Of a stretch of DNA of 64,000 nucleotides, positions 1 through 12,088 are shown in pieces; position 1 is the stretch's first letter, and each line of letters begins with the position of its first letter. A program made the position numbers and the translations under genes. This DNA comes from Halioglobus sp. (GTDB lineage: Bacteria; Pseudomonadota; Gammaproteobacteria; Pseudomonadales; Halieaceae), in contig PABK01000036.1 of NCBI GenBank assembly GCA_002699145.1, forward strand, positions 13,598-77,597, written 5' to 3'. The notes below the pieces were generated by a model. That model made no database searches, was not told the origin of the DNA, and saw nothing but the letters and a program-made list of their open reading frames with translations.

Positions 1-2189
<2,189 letters not shown>

Positions 2190-2223
2190 GCTGCGGCGGC
2201 GCGCGCTGCGACCGGGCGCGGCC

Positions 2224-3171
2224 TCAGTTGCCGTAGGACAGCAAGCGCTGGTAACGCTTGGCCAGCAGGTCGGCGACGGGCAACTGCGACAGGGTGTCGA
2301 GCTGTGCGACCAGGTGTTCGCGGATACGCTGCGCCGTCAGGTCGACGTCGCGGTGCGCGCCGCCCAGGGGTTCGGGAATGGTGGCGTCGACGATGCCCAG
2401 TTCCTGCAGCACCGAGGAGGTCACCCCCATGGCCTCGGCCGCGTCCGGCGCATTGTCCGTGGTCTTCCAGATGATGTTGGCGCAACCCTCCGGCGAGATG
2501 ACGAAGTAGGTGGAGTACTGCAGCATGACCAGGTGATCGCCGACACCGATACCCAGCGCGCCGCCGGAGCTGCCCTCGCCGATGACCACACAGACGATCG
2601 GCGTCGCCAGGCGCGACATGACGGCGAGGTTCTGCGCGATGGACTCGCTGATGCCGCGCTCTTCGGAGTCGATGCCGGGGTAGGCGCCGGGGGTGTCGAT
2701 CAGGGTGATGACCGGCAGCCGGAAGCGCTCGGCCATCTCCATCAACCGCAGGGCCTTGCGGTAGCCCTCGGGCTTGGGCATGCCGAAATTGCGCATGACC
2801 TTGTCCTTCACCGCCCTGCCCTTCTCCTGGCCGATCACCATGACCGGCCGGCCCTCCAGGCGCGCGATACCGCCGACGATGGCGTTGTCGTCGCCGAAGC
2901 GGCGGTCGCCGTGCAGCTCGTCGAAGTCGGTGAACACACGCGGGATGTAGTCCAGCGTATAGGGCCGCTGGGGGTGGCGGGCGACCTTGACGATGTCCCA
3001 GGCGGAAAGGTTGGAAAAAATCTTCTCGGTGAGCCTGGCGCTCTTCTCGCGCAGGGTCTCGATCTCTTCGCCGATGTTGACCTCCGCATCGGAGCCGACC
3101 AGCTGCAACTCCTCGATCTTGACCTCGAGCTCGGCGATCGGTTGCTCAAAATCCAAAAAATTGGGGTTCAT
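2224..3171 (-). CDS. accA: Acetyl-CoA carboxylase carboxyltransferase alpha subunit
   Basis: [55 protein letters not shown]. Confidence 0.98.
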   Translation of the reverse strand: MNPNFLDFEQPIAELEVKIEELQLVGSDAEVNIGEEIETLREKSARLTEKIFSNLSAWDIVKVARHPQRPYTLDYIPRVFTDFDELHGDRRFGDDNAIVGGIARLEGRPVMVIGQEKGRAVKDKVMRNFGMPKPEGYRKALRLMEMAERFRLPVITLIDTPGAYPGIDSEERGISESIAQNLAVMSRLATPIVCVVIGEGSSGGALGIGVGDHLVMLQYSTYFVISPEGCANIIWKTTDNAPDAAEAMGVTSSVLQELGIVDATIPEPLGGAHRDVDLTAQRIREHLVAQLDTLSQLPVADLLAKRYQRLLSYGN

Positions 3172-3206
3172 TTACGTGTTTTTCCGGGGCGGCTACTCAG
3201 GCGCCT

Positions 3207-3212
3207 AGTGTA
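3207..3212 (-). promoter_or_regulatory. Possible sigma70 -10 element (TACACT) upstream of accA
   Basis: TACACT on the minus strand 35 nt upstream of the accA ATG; no convincing -35. Confidence 0.3.
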
Positions 3213-3244
3213 CCGTGTTCACCGGCGCCGAACCACACGGCGCG

Positions 3245-3898
3245 CTACCCGGCGCGGTAGAGACGCACGTCGCGAAACTCGGGGGACTCGTCCAGGTCGG
3301 GCACGGTGCAGCTGTCGAAGCGCCCCAGCGGGCGGTAGGCGGGGTGGGCGAAGTCCTTGACCCGGGAGTCCGCCACCAGCACCTGCGCTGCGCGCGCGCG
3401 CAGCGTGTCCAGCCAGGGCAGGTTGGCGCGGTCGTAGAGCACGTCGGCCGCCACGATGAGATCCAGCTCGCCGCGCGCGGCGTGAAAATCGCCGCACAGC
3501 GTCAGCTCGACCCCGTTGCGGCGGGCATTGAGGGCGGTGGCGGCCAGGGCGTCGGGGTCGTTGTCGCAGGCGATCACCTCGGCGGCGCCGGCGCGGGCGG
3601 CGGCAATGGCCACCACGCCGGAGCCGCAACCGAAGTCCAGTACGCGCCGCCCGGCGACCAGCCGCGGGTGATCCAGCAGGTAGCGCGCCAGCACCTGGCC
3701 CGCGGCCCAGCAGAACACCCAGTACAGGGGGTTGTCCATGACCCGGCGCACCTGCTCCGGGTCCAGCGCGCCCTGGGGGTAATCGGCGTTGAGTAGCAAC
3801 AGTTCGACGGCGCCACAGCCGGGCGGGCGCAGCGGCTCCAGCCGCGCCCCGGGAATGATTCGCTGCAGGCGTTGCTGTAAGCTGCGGGTCTGCGCCAT
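3245..3898 (-). CDS. Class I SAM-dependent methyltransferase, METTL20/ETFbeta lysine-methyltransferase-like
   Basis: [29 protein letters not shown] motif [10 protein letters not shown]; start taken at ATG 3898. Confidence 0.8.
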   Translation of the reverse strand: MAQTRSLQQRLQRIIPGARLEPLRPPGCGAVELLLLNADYPQGALDPEQVRRVMDNPLYWVFCWAAGQVLARYLLDHPRLVAGRRVLDFGCGSGVVAIAAARAGAAEVIACDNDPDALAATALNARRNGVELTLCGDFHAARGELDLIVAADVLYDRANLPWLDTLRARAAQVLVADSRVKDFAHPAYRPLGRFDSCTVPDLDESPEFRDVRLYRAG

Positions 3899-3954
3899 GG
3901 CGGGCAACCTTGCAGCATCGGCGCGGCGAGCACAAGCCCCGACGCGGACAGCAC

Positions 3955-4626
3955 ATGACCCCGACCAGCCAAGACCCTCCCTACCTGGTGCCCCACAGTC
4001 GCGAGCCCATCGTCGAGCTCTACGCGGACGAACACCTGCTGCTGGTGCGCAAGCCGCACCTGCTGCTGAGCATCCCGGGACGGCACCCGCGCAACCGCGA
4101 CTGCCTGATCGCGCGCCTGCGCCAGCGCTACCCGGGGGCGAGCATCGTGCACCGCCTGGACCTGGACACCTCGGGGATCATGGTCGTGCCGCTGGACAAG
4201 CCCAGCCACGCCCACCTGAGCCGGCAGTTCCAGCAGCGGCGCGTGGAAAAGAGCTACCACGCGGTGGTATACGGGGTGGTGGCGCGCGACAGCGGCGAGA
4301 TCGACCTGCCGATCGCCGCGGACTGGGCCAACCGCCCGCGCCAGGTGATCTGTCACCAGCGCGGCAAGTCCGCCCTGACGCGCTACCAGGTGCTGCGGCG
4401 CGAAGCGGACCGCACGCGGCTGTTGCTGCGGCCGGTGACAGGGCGCTCGCACCAGCTGCGCATTCACCTGGCGGCCATCGGCCACCCGATACTGGGCTGC
4501 GACCTGTACGCCCACGCCGAGGCGCTGGCGATGTCCGGGCGCCTGCTGCTGCACGCCAGCGCCCTGGGCTTCACACACCCGGCCAGCGGGCAGTGGCTGG
4601 CGCGGGAGTGCCCGCCGGACTTCTAG
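3955..4626 (+). CDS. RluA-family pseudouridine synthase
   Basis: [10 protein letters not shown] with catalytic Asp, [28 protein letters not shown]; start taken at ATG 3955. Confidence 0.93.
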   Translation: MTPTSQDPPYLVPHSREPIVELYADEHLLLVRKPHLLLSIPGRHPRNRDCLIARLRQRYPGASIVHRLDLDTSGIMVVPLDKPSHAHLSRQFQQRRVEKSYHAVVYGVVARDSGEIDLPIAADWANRPRQVICHQRGKSALTRYQVLRREADRTRLLLRPVTGRSHQLRIHLAAIGHPILGCDLYAHAEALAMSGRLLLHASALGFTHPASGQWLARECPPDF

Positions 4627-4642
4627 CCGGCCGGGGCGGCGG

Positions 4643-4903
4643 CTAATTGCGCAGCGGGTGGTCCTCGGGCAGCTGCCGCGCCATCCACAGGGCCAGTTTG
4701 TGGCGCATGTTCGGCTCGTTTTCCTGCCCCCTGGCCAGCGGCTGCACCAGTTTGTCGTGCACCAGCAGGCGGTACAGGTAGGTGACCTTGTCGCGCGCCG
4801 AGTCGGTGTTCTCGAACTCGCCGACGCCGCGTTTCTTCGCGTAGACCGCGCCGACCTTGAGGGCGTGGCTGACCAGTTCCGCTTCGTGCTTGAGTTTATT
4901 CAC
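4643..4903 (-). CDS. Small conserved hypothetical protein (DUF5062-like)
   Basis: GTG start, KLKHEAELVSHALKVGAVYAKKRG...YLYRLLVHDKLVQPL; gene-like composition; family recalled from memory. Confidence 0.65.
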   Translation of the reverse strand: MNKLKHEAELVSHALKVGAVYAKKRGVGEFENTDSARDKVTYLYRLLVHDKLVQPLARGQENEPNMRHKLALWMARQLPEDHPLRN

Positions 4904-4904
4904 G

Positions 4905-5723
4905 CTACGCCTCCGGCGGGTCAAGGTGGGAGCACCAGTCGCTCCAGCTGCCGGCGTACAGGGTCGCGTCGCCGCGCCCGAGCAGCGCCAGCGAGAACAG
5001 GTTCACGCAGGCGGTGACGCCTGAACCACAGTAGACCACCAGCTCCGCGGCATCCAGGGCGTCGCCCCAGTACGCGCGCTGGCCGGCGGCGTCCAGCAGG
5101 CGGCCGTCCTCGCCGCTGAGCGCCTGCCAGGGGCGGTTGATGGCGCCGGGAATGTGCCCGGCCAGCGGGTCGATGGGCTCTTCCAGGCCCTGGTAGCGGC
5201 GCGGCTCGCGCGCATCCACCAGCAACGCACCGGCGGCCTGGGCAGCGCCCAGCGCGTGGATATCGCAGGCGCCGCGAAAATTGCCCGCCGGCGCCGGCGG
5301 CAGCGGCTCGGGTGCGGGCAGCGCGGTCTGCACCTGCCCGCCGGCGGCCAGGTAGGCGCGGTAGCCGCCGTTGAGCAGGCGCGGCGGCCGGTAGCCGAGA
5401 CTGCGCATCAGCCACCACAGCCGCGCGGCGAAGGCGAAGCGGCTGTCGTCGTAGGCGACCACCGGCGTGTCGGGGCCGACGCCGCAGGCCGCCAGCGTGG
5501 CCGCGAAGGCAGCCGGCGCGGGCAGCGGGTGGCGGCCACCGTGGCGCGCCACCGGGCCGGACAGGTCGCGCTCCAGGTCCAGGTAGTGGGCGCCCGGCAC
5601 GTGGCCGGCGCGGTACTGCGCCCGCCCCGCCGCGGGGTCGGCCAGGGAGAAGCGGCAATCGAACACGACCTGGTCCCCGCCAGCGGCCAGTTCGGCGGGC
5701 TCGATGAGCATCTGCCCGGTCAT
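4905..5723 (-). CDS. Tandem-rhodanese sulfurtransferase (SseA/MST-like)
   Basis: GHVPGA, GGRHPLP, VDAR...GHIPGAIN, catalytic YCGSGVTAC, LYAGSWSDW. Confidence 0.93.
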   Translation of the reverse strand: MTGQMLIEPAELAAGGDQVVFDCRFSLADPAAGRAQYRAGHVPGAHYLDLERDLSGPVARHGGRHPLPAPAAFAATLAACGVGPDTPVVAYDDSRFAFAARLWWLMRSLGYRPPRLLNGGYRAYLAAGGQVQTALPAPEPLPPAPAGNFRGACDIHALGAAQAAGALLVDAREPRRYQGLEEPIDPLAGHIPGAINRPWQALSGEDGRLLDAAGQRAYWGDALDAAELVVYCGSGVTACVNLFSLALLGRGDATLYAGSWSDWCSHLDPPEA

Positions 5724-5849
5724 GTTCGACCTCCTGCCGGCGCGCGCAAAAAGGCTGGGCGAGTCGGGCTGAATTCACTAGACTGCAAACTATAACAACG
5801 ATACGGGGGGTTCGCCCTGGTTACGAGCACCCGCAACGGTTCGCGCCTG

Positions 5850-6320
5850 ATGATCGTCGCGCGCCCCAACCAGTCCGCTACCTGGCGCGGCAACCTGCTG
5901 CTCCTGCTGGCCCTGGCCGTGCCCACCCTGGGCGTGGCCGTGGCCTTCGCCCTCGCCGGCGCCTGGCCGATCCTGCCGCTGGCGGGACTGGAGCTGGCGG
6001 CCCTGGGCTGCGCCCTGTACTGCAGCGTGCGCAAACAGCAGTACCGGCAGGTGATTACCCTCAGCGAAGACACCGTGGCCATCGACAAGGGTTTTTACGC
6101 CCCGGCGCAGAGCTGGCGCCTGCGCCGCGACGCTGCGGGGATAACGGTGCTGGGACAGGCGGACGACTGGCGCGGGCCGGAACTGGCGCTGCACGACCGC
6201 AACTGCAGCGTCACCCTGGGCGAATTCCTCGGCCGCGACGAGCAGCTGGCGCTGATCGAATTGCTGCGCGGCGAGCTGCGCTGCGCCGCCAGCGCGCCGC
6301 GCATGCGCGTCGGTTTCTGA
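5850..6320 (+). CDS. DUF2244-like membrane protein
   Basis: RPNQS, two hydrophobic segments, GAWPILPLAGLE, C-terminal GEFLGRDEQ. Confidence 0.75.
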   Translation: MIVARPNQSATWRGNLLLLLALAVPTLGVAVAFALAGAWPILPLAGLELAALGCALYCSVRKQQYRQVITLSEDTVAIDKGFYAPAQSWRLRRDAAGITVLGQADDWRGPELALHDRNCSVTLGEFLGRDEQLALIELLRGELRCAASAPRMRVGF

Positions 6321-6332
6321 CCCGCGGCGACG

Positions 6333-7109
6333 CTAGATATCGTCGAAGTCCCCGTGCCGCCCGCGCCCGGCGGCGAAGCGACTGGCCCCGTGCAGGGTCT
6401 CCATGGATTCCACCACCCCCAGGCCGAGCGCGTACTCGCGACCGATCGCCTCCGCCTCGGCCATGCCCCATTGCTGCAACGCGGACAGGCGATCCGAGCG
6501 CAGGCAATGCTGCGGGAAGTGCGACAGCTTCCGCGCCATCTCCAGCGCGCTGTCCAGCGCGGTACCGTCCTCCACCACGCGGTTGGCCAGGCCGATGGCC
6601 AGGGCCTCCTCGGCGTGCACCGCGCGCCCGGTGAGGATCATGTCCATGGCGCGGCTGTGGCCGACCAGGCGCGGCAGGCGCACCGTGCCGCCATCGATCA
6701 GCGGCACACCCCAGCGGCGGCAGTACACCCCGAATACGGCGCTGCGCTCGGCGACACGCAGGTCGCACCAGCAGGCCAGCTCCAGTCCGCCGGCCACCGC
6801 GTGGCCGGCCACCGCGGCGATCACCGGTTTTCCCAGCTGCATACGCGATGGCCCCATGGGCCCATCCCCCTCGGCGGAGAGCCGGTTGGCGCCGTCCGCG
6901 GCCGCCACCGCCTTGAGGTCCGCGCCGGCGCAAAAATGCCCCTGCGCGCCGTGCAACACCGCGACGTCCGCCGCTTCGTCCGCATCGAAGTCGCGAAACG
7001 CGTCGGCCAACAGCGCGGCGGTCTCCGCGTCCACCGCGTTGCGCACCTGCGGGCGATTGATGGTCACCACCGTGGTGCGCCCTTCCCGGGTCACTGTCAC
7101 CTTGCTCAT
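6333..7109 (-). CDS. Enoyl-CoA hydratase/isomerase (crotonase) family
   Basis: INRPQVRNA, FCAGADLK, KPVIAAVAGHAVAGGLELACWCDLR, RWGVPLIDGG; start ATG 7109. Confidence 0.93.
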   Translation of the reverse strand: MSKVTVTREGRTTVVTINRPQVRNAVDAETAALLADAFRDFDADEAADVAVLHGAQGHFCAGADLKAVAAADGANRLSAEGDGPMGPSRMQLGKPVIAAVAGHAVAGGLELACWCDLRVAERSAVFGVYCRRWGVPLIDGGTVRLPRLVGHSRAMDMILTGRAVHAEEALAIGLANRVVEDGTALDSALEMARKLSHFPQHCLRSDRLSALQQWGMAEAEAIGREYALGLGVVESMETLHGASRFAAGRGRHGDFDDI

Positions 7110-7228
7110 ATCTGCCTCTCCTGTTGCCATACCCGTCGGCGCCGGCCGTGGCCACCTGCCCGCGATCGCTGGACGGTCCTGCCGGCGCGCCCTATCATCT
7201 GCCGTCCGCGCCGCCGAGGAAACATACC

Positions 7229-9244
7229 ATGAACAAACCCTGCCCGACCGCCGCCCTGCTCTGCCTGTGCCTGGCCGCCTGCTCCGGCGATTCCCTGGAC
7301 TCGATGCAGAGCGACGAAAGCGTCGGCATCGCCGGCGCCGCACGGGCGCAAAACCAGCTGATGCCGGTGGACGGGGAAATTCTCGACCTGCGCACGCCCG
7401 CGAACCCGCTGCGCAACGCCTACTTCGGCGATCTCCACGTGCACACCGACTACTCCTTCGACGCCTATGTCTTTGGCAATACGAATACGCCCGACGACGC
7501 CTACCGCTACGCGAAGGGCCAGCCCCTGGACCATCCCAGCGGCTACCAGGTGCAGCTGCAGCGCCCGCTGGATTTCTACGCGGTCACCGATCACGCCATG
7601 CTGCTGGGCGTGGTGAAGGAGGCGGCAAATCCCGACAGCGAGTTTGCGCGCTACGACCTGACCGAGCCGTTGCACGATATCAATGCGCCCGACAACCTGA
7701 ACGACTGGACACTGGTGCAGCGCGGCTCAGCGTTCGGCACGTTCCTCCCCGCCGTGCTGGCCGGCATTCTCCACGGCGACATCGACGCGCAGTTGGTCAA
7801 CCGGATCGGCAGGTCGGCGTGGGCGGACACCATCCGCGCCGCCAACGACGCCTACGTGCCCGGCAGGTTCACCACCTTCGCGGCGTTCGAGTACACCTCC
7901 TCCACCGACGACCGCGGCAACCTGCACCGCAACGTGATTTTCCGCGACACGGACCGCCTGCCGGCCGTGCCCTTCTCGCGTTTCAATTCGCAAAATCCGG
8001 AGGGCCTGTGGCAGTGGATGGACGGATTGCGCGCGCAGGGCGTGGAGAGTCTCGCCATTCCCCACAACCCCAACGGCTCCAACGGCCAGATGTTCAAACT
8101 GACCGACTGGGCCGGGGACCCGCTGGACGACGACTACGCCGAACTGCGCCGGCGCAATGAACCGCTGGTGGAGATCACCCAGGTCAAGGGCACCTCCGAC
8201 ACCCACCCGCTGCTGTCGAAAAATGACGAGTGGGCGAATTTCGAGATCGCGCCCTACCGCGTGGCGACCAAGCTGTACTCGGAACCGCGCGGCGGCTATG
8301 TGCGCGATGCCTACCTGCGCGGCCTGCAGCTACAGGCAGGCGGCGTGGTCAATCCCTACAAGTTCGGCCTGGTGGGCTCCTCCGATACCCACGTCGCCGC
8401 CGCCTCTCTCGACGAGCAGACCTACTTCTCCAAGGTCGGCATGCTCGACGGCACGGCGCAGATGCGCGGTTCGGTCCCGGCGTCGTTCCTGTACGGTACG
8501 CTGATCCGCTTCGCAGCCCCGTCGATGCTGACGGAGGTCGACGGCAGGACCTACATGGCCACCTCCTCCTTCGAGTACTGGTCCGCCTCCGGCGTGGCGG
8601 CCGTGTGGGCCGAGGAAAACACCCGCGAGGCCATCTACGACGCCTTCCGCCGCAAGGAGACCTTCGCCACCAGCGGGCCGCGCATGCAAGTGCGCTTCTT
8701 CGCCGGCTATGACTACGCCGACTCGTTGATGACCAGCCCGGACCTGGTCGCCGCGGCCTACGCCGGCGGGGTGACCATGGGCAGCGACCTGGCCGCCGCC
8801 GACGGGCGCGCGCCGTCCTTCCTGGTATGGGCGACCGCGGACCCGGAGGGAGCGCCGCTGCAGCGCCTGCAGGTGATCAAGGGCTGGCTCGAGGACGGCG
8901 AGCACCGCGAGCAGGTCTACGACGTGGCCTGCTCCGGCGGCGCGGCGGTCGACCCGGCGACCTGGCGCTGCCCGGACAACGGCGCGCGGGTGAACCTGCA
9001 GGACTGCTCCACCGAACCCGGCGCCGGCGCGACCGAACTGAAGCGCCTGTGGCGCGACCCGCAGTTCGATCCCGCCCAGGAGGCCTTCTACTACGTGCGC
9101 GTGCTGGAAAACCCGACCTGCCGCTGGTCCACCTGGGACGCGGTCCGCGCCGGGGTGGAGCCGCGTTCCGACCTGCCGGCGACGCTGCAGGAGCGCGCCT
9201 GGTCGTCGCCGATCTGGTACCGGCCCGCCGCCGGGCAGGGATAG
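7229..9244 (+). CDS. DUF3604-family lipoprotein (PHP-like metal-dependent hydrolase fold)
   Basis: Lipobox LAAC, YFGDLHVHT, AVTDH, LHRNVIF, AIPHN, SSDTH, QERAWSSPIW; start ATG 7229 after AGGA. Confidence 0.85.
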   Translation: MNKPCPTAALLCLCLAACSGDSLDSMQSDESVGIAGAARAQNQLMPVDGEILDLRTPANPLRNAYFGDLHVHTDYSFDAYVFGNTNTPDDAYRYAKGQPLDHPSGYQVQLQRPLDFYAVTDHAMLLGVVKEAANPDSEFARYDLTEPLHDINAPDNLNDWTLVQRGSAFGTFLPAVLAGILHGDIDAQLVNRIGRSAWADTIRAANDAYVPGRFTTFAAFEYTSSTDDRGNLHRNVIFRDTDRLPAVPFSRFNSQNPEGLWQWMDGLRAQGVESLAIPHNPNGSNGQMFKLTDWAGDPLDDDYAELRRRNEPLVEITQVKGTSDTHPLLSKNDEWANFEIAPYRVATKLYSEPRGGYVRDAYLRGLQLQAGGVVNPYKFGLVGSSDTHVAAASLDEQTYFSKVGMLDGTAQMRGSVPASFLYGTLIRFAAPSMLTEVDGRTYMATSSFEYWSASGVAAVWAEENTREAIYDAFRRKETFATSGPRMQVRFFAGYDYADSLMTSPDLVAAAYAGGVTMGSDLAAADGRAPSFLVWATADPEGAPLQRLQVIKGWLEDGEHREQVYDVACSGGAAVDPATWRCPDNGARVNLQDCSTEPGAGATELKRLWRDPQFDPAQEAFYYVRVLENPTCRWSTWDAVRAGVEPRSDLPATLQERAWSSPIWYRPAAGQG

Positions 9245-9263
9245 ACGCCGCGGTGTACACAGC

Positions 9264-9953
9264 GTGAACAGGCCGCCCTTCCGCCGCCGCGACGGGCGCA
9301 GGAAGAAACCGCGCAGCGCGCGCGGCCGCTTCCCGCTGCGCACACTGGCCGTGCTGCTGCTGGGCTACAGCGTGCTGCAATACGCCAGTACCGGCACACT
9401 GTCCTGGCCCGCCGCACTCTACGACACGGCGCGTGCTGCGCTGGCCGACTTCGCCGGCGAGGACAACAGCGGCTGGCGCCGCGCCGCCGGCGTGGCCCAG
9501 GACCTCGGCGCCGCCCGCGAGGGAACGCCGCCGCCGGACTTCGACTTCAGCGGCCGCGTGGTGCGCGTCAGCGATGGCGATACCGTCTCGGTGCTGGACC
9601 GCAACAAACAACAGCACAAGGTGCGCCTGTACGGCATCGACACGCCGGAACGCGACCAGCCCCACGGCCAGGCGTCCCGCGCCGCCCTGGATGAACTGGT
9701 CGGGTCCCGCCAGGTCGGCGTGGTGGTGGTGGAGACCGACGATTACGGCCGCACCGTGGGCACCGTGTACGCCGGCGACGACAACGTCAACCTGGCCATG
9801 GTCGCGGCTGGGCACGCCTGGTGGTACCGCTATTATGCCCCCCACGAGCGCCACCTGCAGGCGGCGGAGCGCGCGGCGCGCGAGCGCCGTCTGGGCCTGT
9901 GGGCCGACAGCGACCCCGTGCCGCCCTGGGACTGGCGCCGGGGGCGGCGCTGA
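9264..9953 (+). CDS. Thermonuclease (SNase-like) family protein with N-terminal membrane segment
   Basis: VSDGDT, VRLYGIDTPE, DDYGRTVG, NLAMVAAGHAW, ERRLGLW. Confidence 0.9.
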   Translation: MNRPPFRRRDGRRKKPRSARGRFPLRTLAVLLLGYSVLQYASTGTLSWPAALYDTARAALADFAGEDNSGWRRAAGVAQDLGAAREGTPPPDFDFSGRVVRVSDGDTVSVLDRNKQQHKVRLYGIDTPERDQPHGQASRAALDELVGSRQVGVVVVETDDYGRTVGTVYAGDDNVNLAMVAAGHAWWYRYYAPHERHLQAAERAARERRLGLWADSDPVPPWDWRRGRR

Positions 9954-9988
9954 CTGTCACCTGCCCTGCGATTAGGGTACATTTACCT

Positions 9989-10033
9989 GCGCCCGGCCAG
10001 GGGCGCCCGGCCAGGGGCGCCCGGCCCGGGCGC
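9989..10033. repeat. 14-bp tandem repeat GCGCCCGGCCAGGG x2 plus a near-palindromic third copy
   Basis: Units at 9989-10002 and 10003-10016, then GCGCCCGGCCCGGGCGC. Confidence 0.7.
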
Positions 10034-10060
10034 ATTCCAGCCAAACAACAGGAGCAAAAC

Positions 10061-10360
10061 ATGATCGTGGTCATCGGCGTGGTGCGCAGCACCCAGGAAG
10101 ACATCAAGGCGCTGCACGCAGCCATCACTACCATGGAAGCCGCCAGCCGCGAGGAACCCGGCTGCCTGGACTACACTTTCAGCATCGAACTGAACGAGCC
10201 CGCGGTTATCCGCATCACCGAAAAATGGAAGACGGTGGAGGATCTCAAGGCGCACTTCGCCACACCGCACATGGCGGAATTCCAGGCCGCCATGGGCCAG
10301 CGCCCGCCTGAGGGGATGGAAGTGACCGTCTACGAGGCCAACGAGATCAACCCGTTCTAG
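10061..10360 (+). CDS. Putative quinol monooxygenase (ABM domain)
   Basis: SREEPGCLDY, ITEKW, HFATPHM; SD AGGAG upstream of ATG 10061. Confidence 0.85.
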   Translation: MIVVIGVVRSTQEDIKALHAAITTMEAASREEPGCLDYTFSIELNEPAVIRITEKWKTVEDLKAHFATPHMAEFQAAMGQRPPEGMEVTVYEANEINPF

Positions 10361-10399
10361 GGTACTGCGCGGCGGACTGGCGCCCGGCGGAGGCAGGCG

Positions 10400-12085
10400 A
10401 TGAACAGGCTGACAGCATTGCTCGCGGCGACGTGCCTGCTGCACTGCGCCGCGGCGCTGGCGCAGGAGGATGCCGCGCCCGGCGCCGGTGGGAACGCGGC
10501 CGCCACCCCCGCGACAGACGCGGCCGAGCGCCCTGCACCGGGCATGGACCTGGCGCAGGTGGTCGAGCTGCTGCAGGCGCAGCAGCAGGCGCTAGAGCAA
10601 CAGAAGGCACAACTGGCGGCGCAGCAACAGACGCTGCAACAGCAGAAGGCCGAGCTGGCGGCGCAACAGGCGCTGCTGGCGCAGCAGGAGAGCACGCTGG
10701 ACGCGCAGCGGCGCCGCATGGAGGCCCAGGACCAGAAAATCGCCACGCTGACCGGGGAACTGGATACCCTGCGCACCCCCGACGGTAGCCTGGCCGGCGG
10801 CGACGCCACCACGGTGCCGGTGGAGATACTGGATCAACCGGTGGCATCGCCCGGCGCGCAGGGCCCGCAACAGCGCCCGGAAAAGGCGGACGAGCAGGCG
10901 GACCAGACCAGCGAGGCCGTGGCCCAGGCACAGCAGGACGACCCCACGCGGGCGCTGCTGGAGGACTTCAAGGGCGCCTGGCGCCTGCCCGGCACCAACG
11001 CCGCGCTGGGGATCGGCGGCTACGTCAAATCCGCCATGGTCTACAATTTCGACCCCCTGGAAATTCCCGACCGCTTCATCGTCGGCTCGATACCCGTCAG
11101 CTCCACCTCCGTGCAGGATGCGGAGGCCCAGAGCAGCCTCACCGCGGACCAGTCGCGCATCAACTTCGACCTGCGCGAACCGACCGAGTACGGCGTGCTG
11201 CGCGCCTTCATCGAGGGCGACTTCGCCGAGGACAACGGCACCTTCCGCCTGCGTCACGCCTTCGGGCAGTGGAACAAGATCACCGCGGGCAAGACCTGGT
11301 CGGCCTTCGTCGACACCCAGGCCAGTCCCGAGGAGGTCGATTTCGAGGGCCTCAACGGGCGTATCAACGTGCGCCAGACACAGTTGCGCGTGATGCCCAC
11401 ACTGGGCCACGAGTACGAGTTCCAGTTCTCCATGGAGGACCCCAACCCGCAGGTGCAGAACGGCCGCGGCGTCACCCGCTTTCCCGACCTGGTCATGACC
11501 GGGCGCTTCAATCCGCGCGAGCGCCTGCACACCAAGGCCGCCCTGCTGTTGCGCCAGGTGCGCGCCCAGCGCCCGGCGGACGAGGGCGCCGGGGTGGAGA
11601 AGGACCACGGCTGGGGGCTGTCTCTCAGCGGCCGCTACCGTACACCGCAATTCAACGAGCAGGACAGCGTGCTGTTCCAGCTCAGTTACGGCAACGTGAT
11701 CGGCCGCTACGTCAACGACCTGTCCAGCGTCGGCAACTTCGACGGCATCTTCAATCCCGACAACGGCGAGCTGGAACTGTTCGACATCTTCGCCGGCTAC
11801 GTCTCGTACCAGCACTGGTGGGACCCGGACACCTGGGGCCTGAAATGGCTCACCCGCAACCAGATGCGCTCCAACTTCACCCTGGGTTTCGTCGATGTCG
11901 ACAACCCCGGCTTCGTGTCGGGCGACGCCTACAAACGCACCATCCGCCTGTCCGGCAACCTGTTCTGGTCGCCCACGCCGCGCATCGACATCGGCGGCGA
12001 GTACCTGTGGGGGTCGCGCGAGAACGAGGACGGCTCCGACGGCGATGCCAAGCAGGTGCAGTTCGCCGTGCGCTACCGGTTCTGA
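10400..12085 (+). CDS. DcaP-family trimeric outer-membrane porin with N-terminal coiled coil
   Basis: Signal peptide, Gln-rich heptads, GGYVK, QSRINFD, FIEGDF, RLRHAFG, GKTWSAF, C-terminal YRF. Confidence 0.85.
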   Translation: MNRLTALLAATCLLHCAAALAQEDAAPGAGGNAAATPATDAAERPAPGMDLAQVVELLQAQQQALEQQKAQLAAQQQTLQQQKAELAAQQALLAQQESTLDAQRRRMEAQDQKIATLTGELDTLRTPDGSLAGGDATTVPVEILDQPVASPGAQGPQQRPEKADEQADQTSEAVAQAQQDDPTRALLEDFKGAWRLPGTNAALGIGGYVKSAMVYNFDPLEIPDRFIVGSIPVSSTSVQDAEAQSSLTADQSRINFDLREPTEYGVLRAFIEGDFAEDNGTFRLRHAFGQWNKITAGKTWSAFVDTQASPEEVDFEGLNGRINVRQTQLRVMPTLGHEYEFQFSMEDPNPQVQNGRGVTRFPDLVMTGRFNPRERLHTKAALLLRQVRAQRPADEGAGVEKDHGWGLSLSGRYRTPQFNEQDSVLFQLSYGNVIGRYVNDLSSVGNFDGIFNPDNGELELFDIFAGYVSYQHWWDPDTWGLKWLTRNQMRSNFTLGFVDVDNPGFVSGDAYKRTIRLSGNLFWSPTPRIDIGGEYLWGSRENEDGSDGDAKQVQFAVRYRF

Positions 12086-12088
12086 ACA

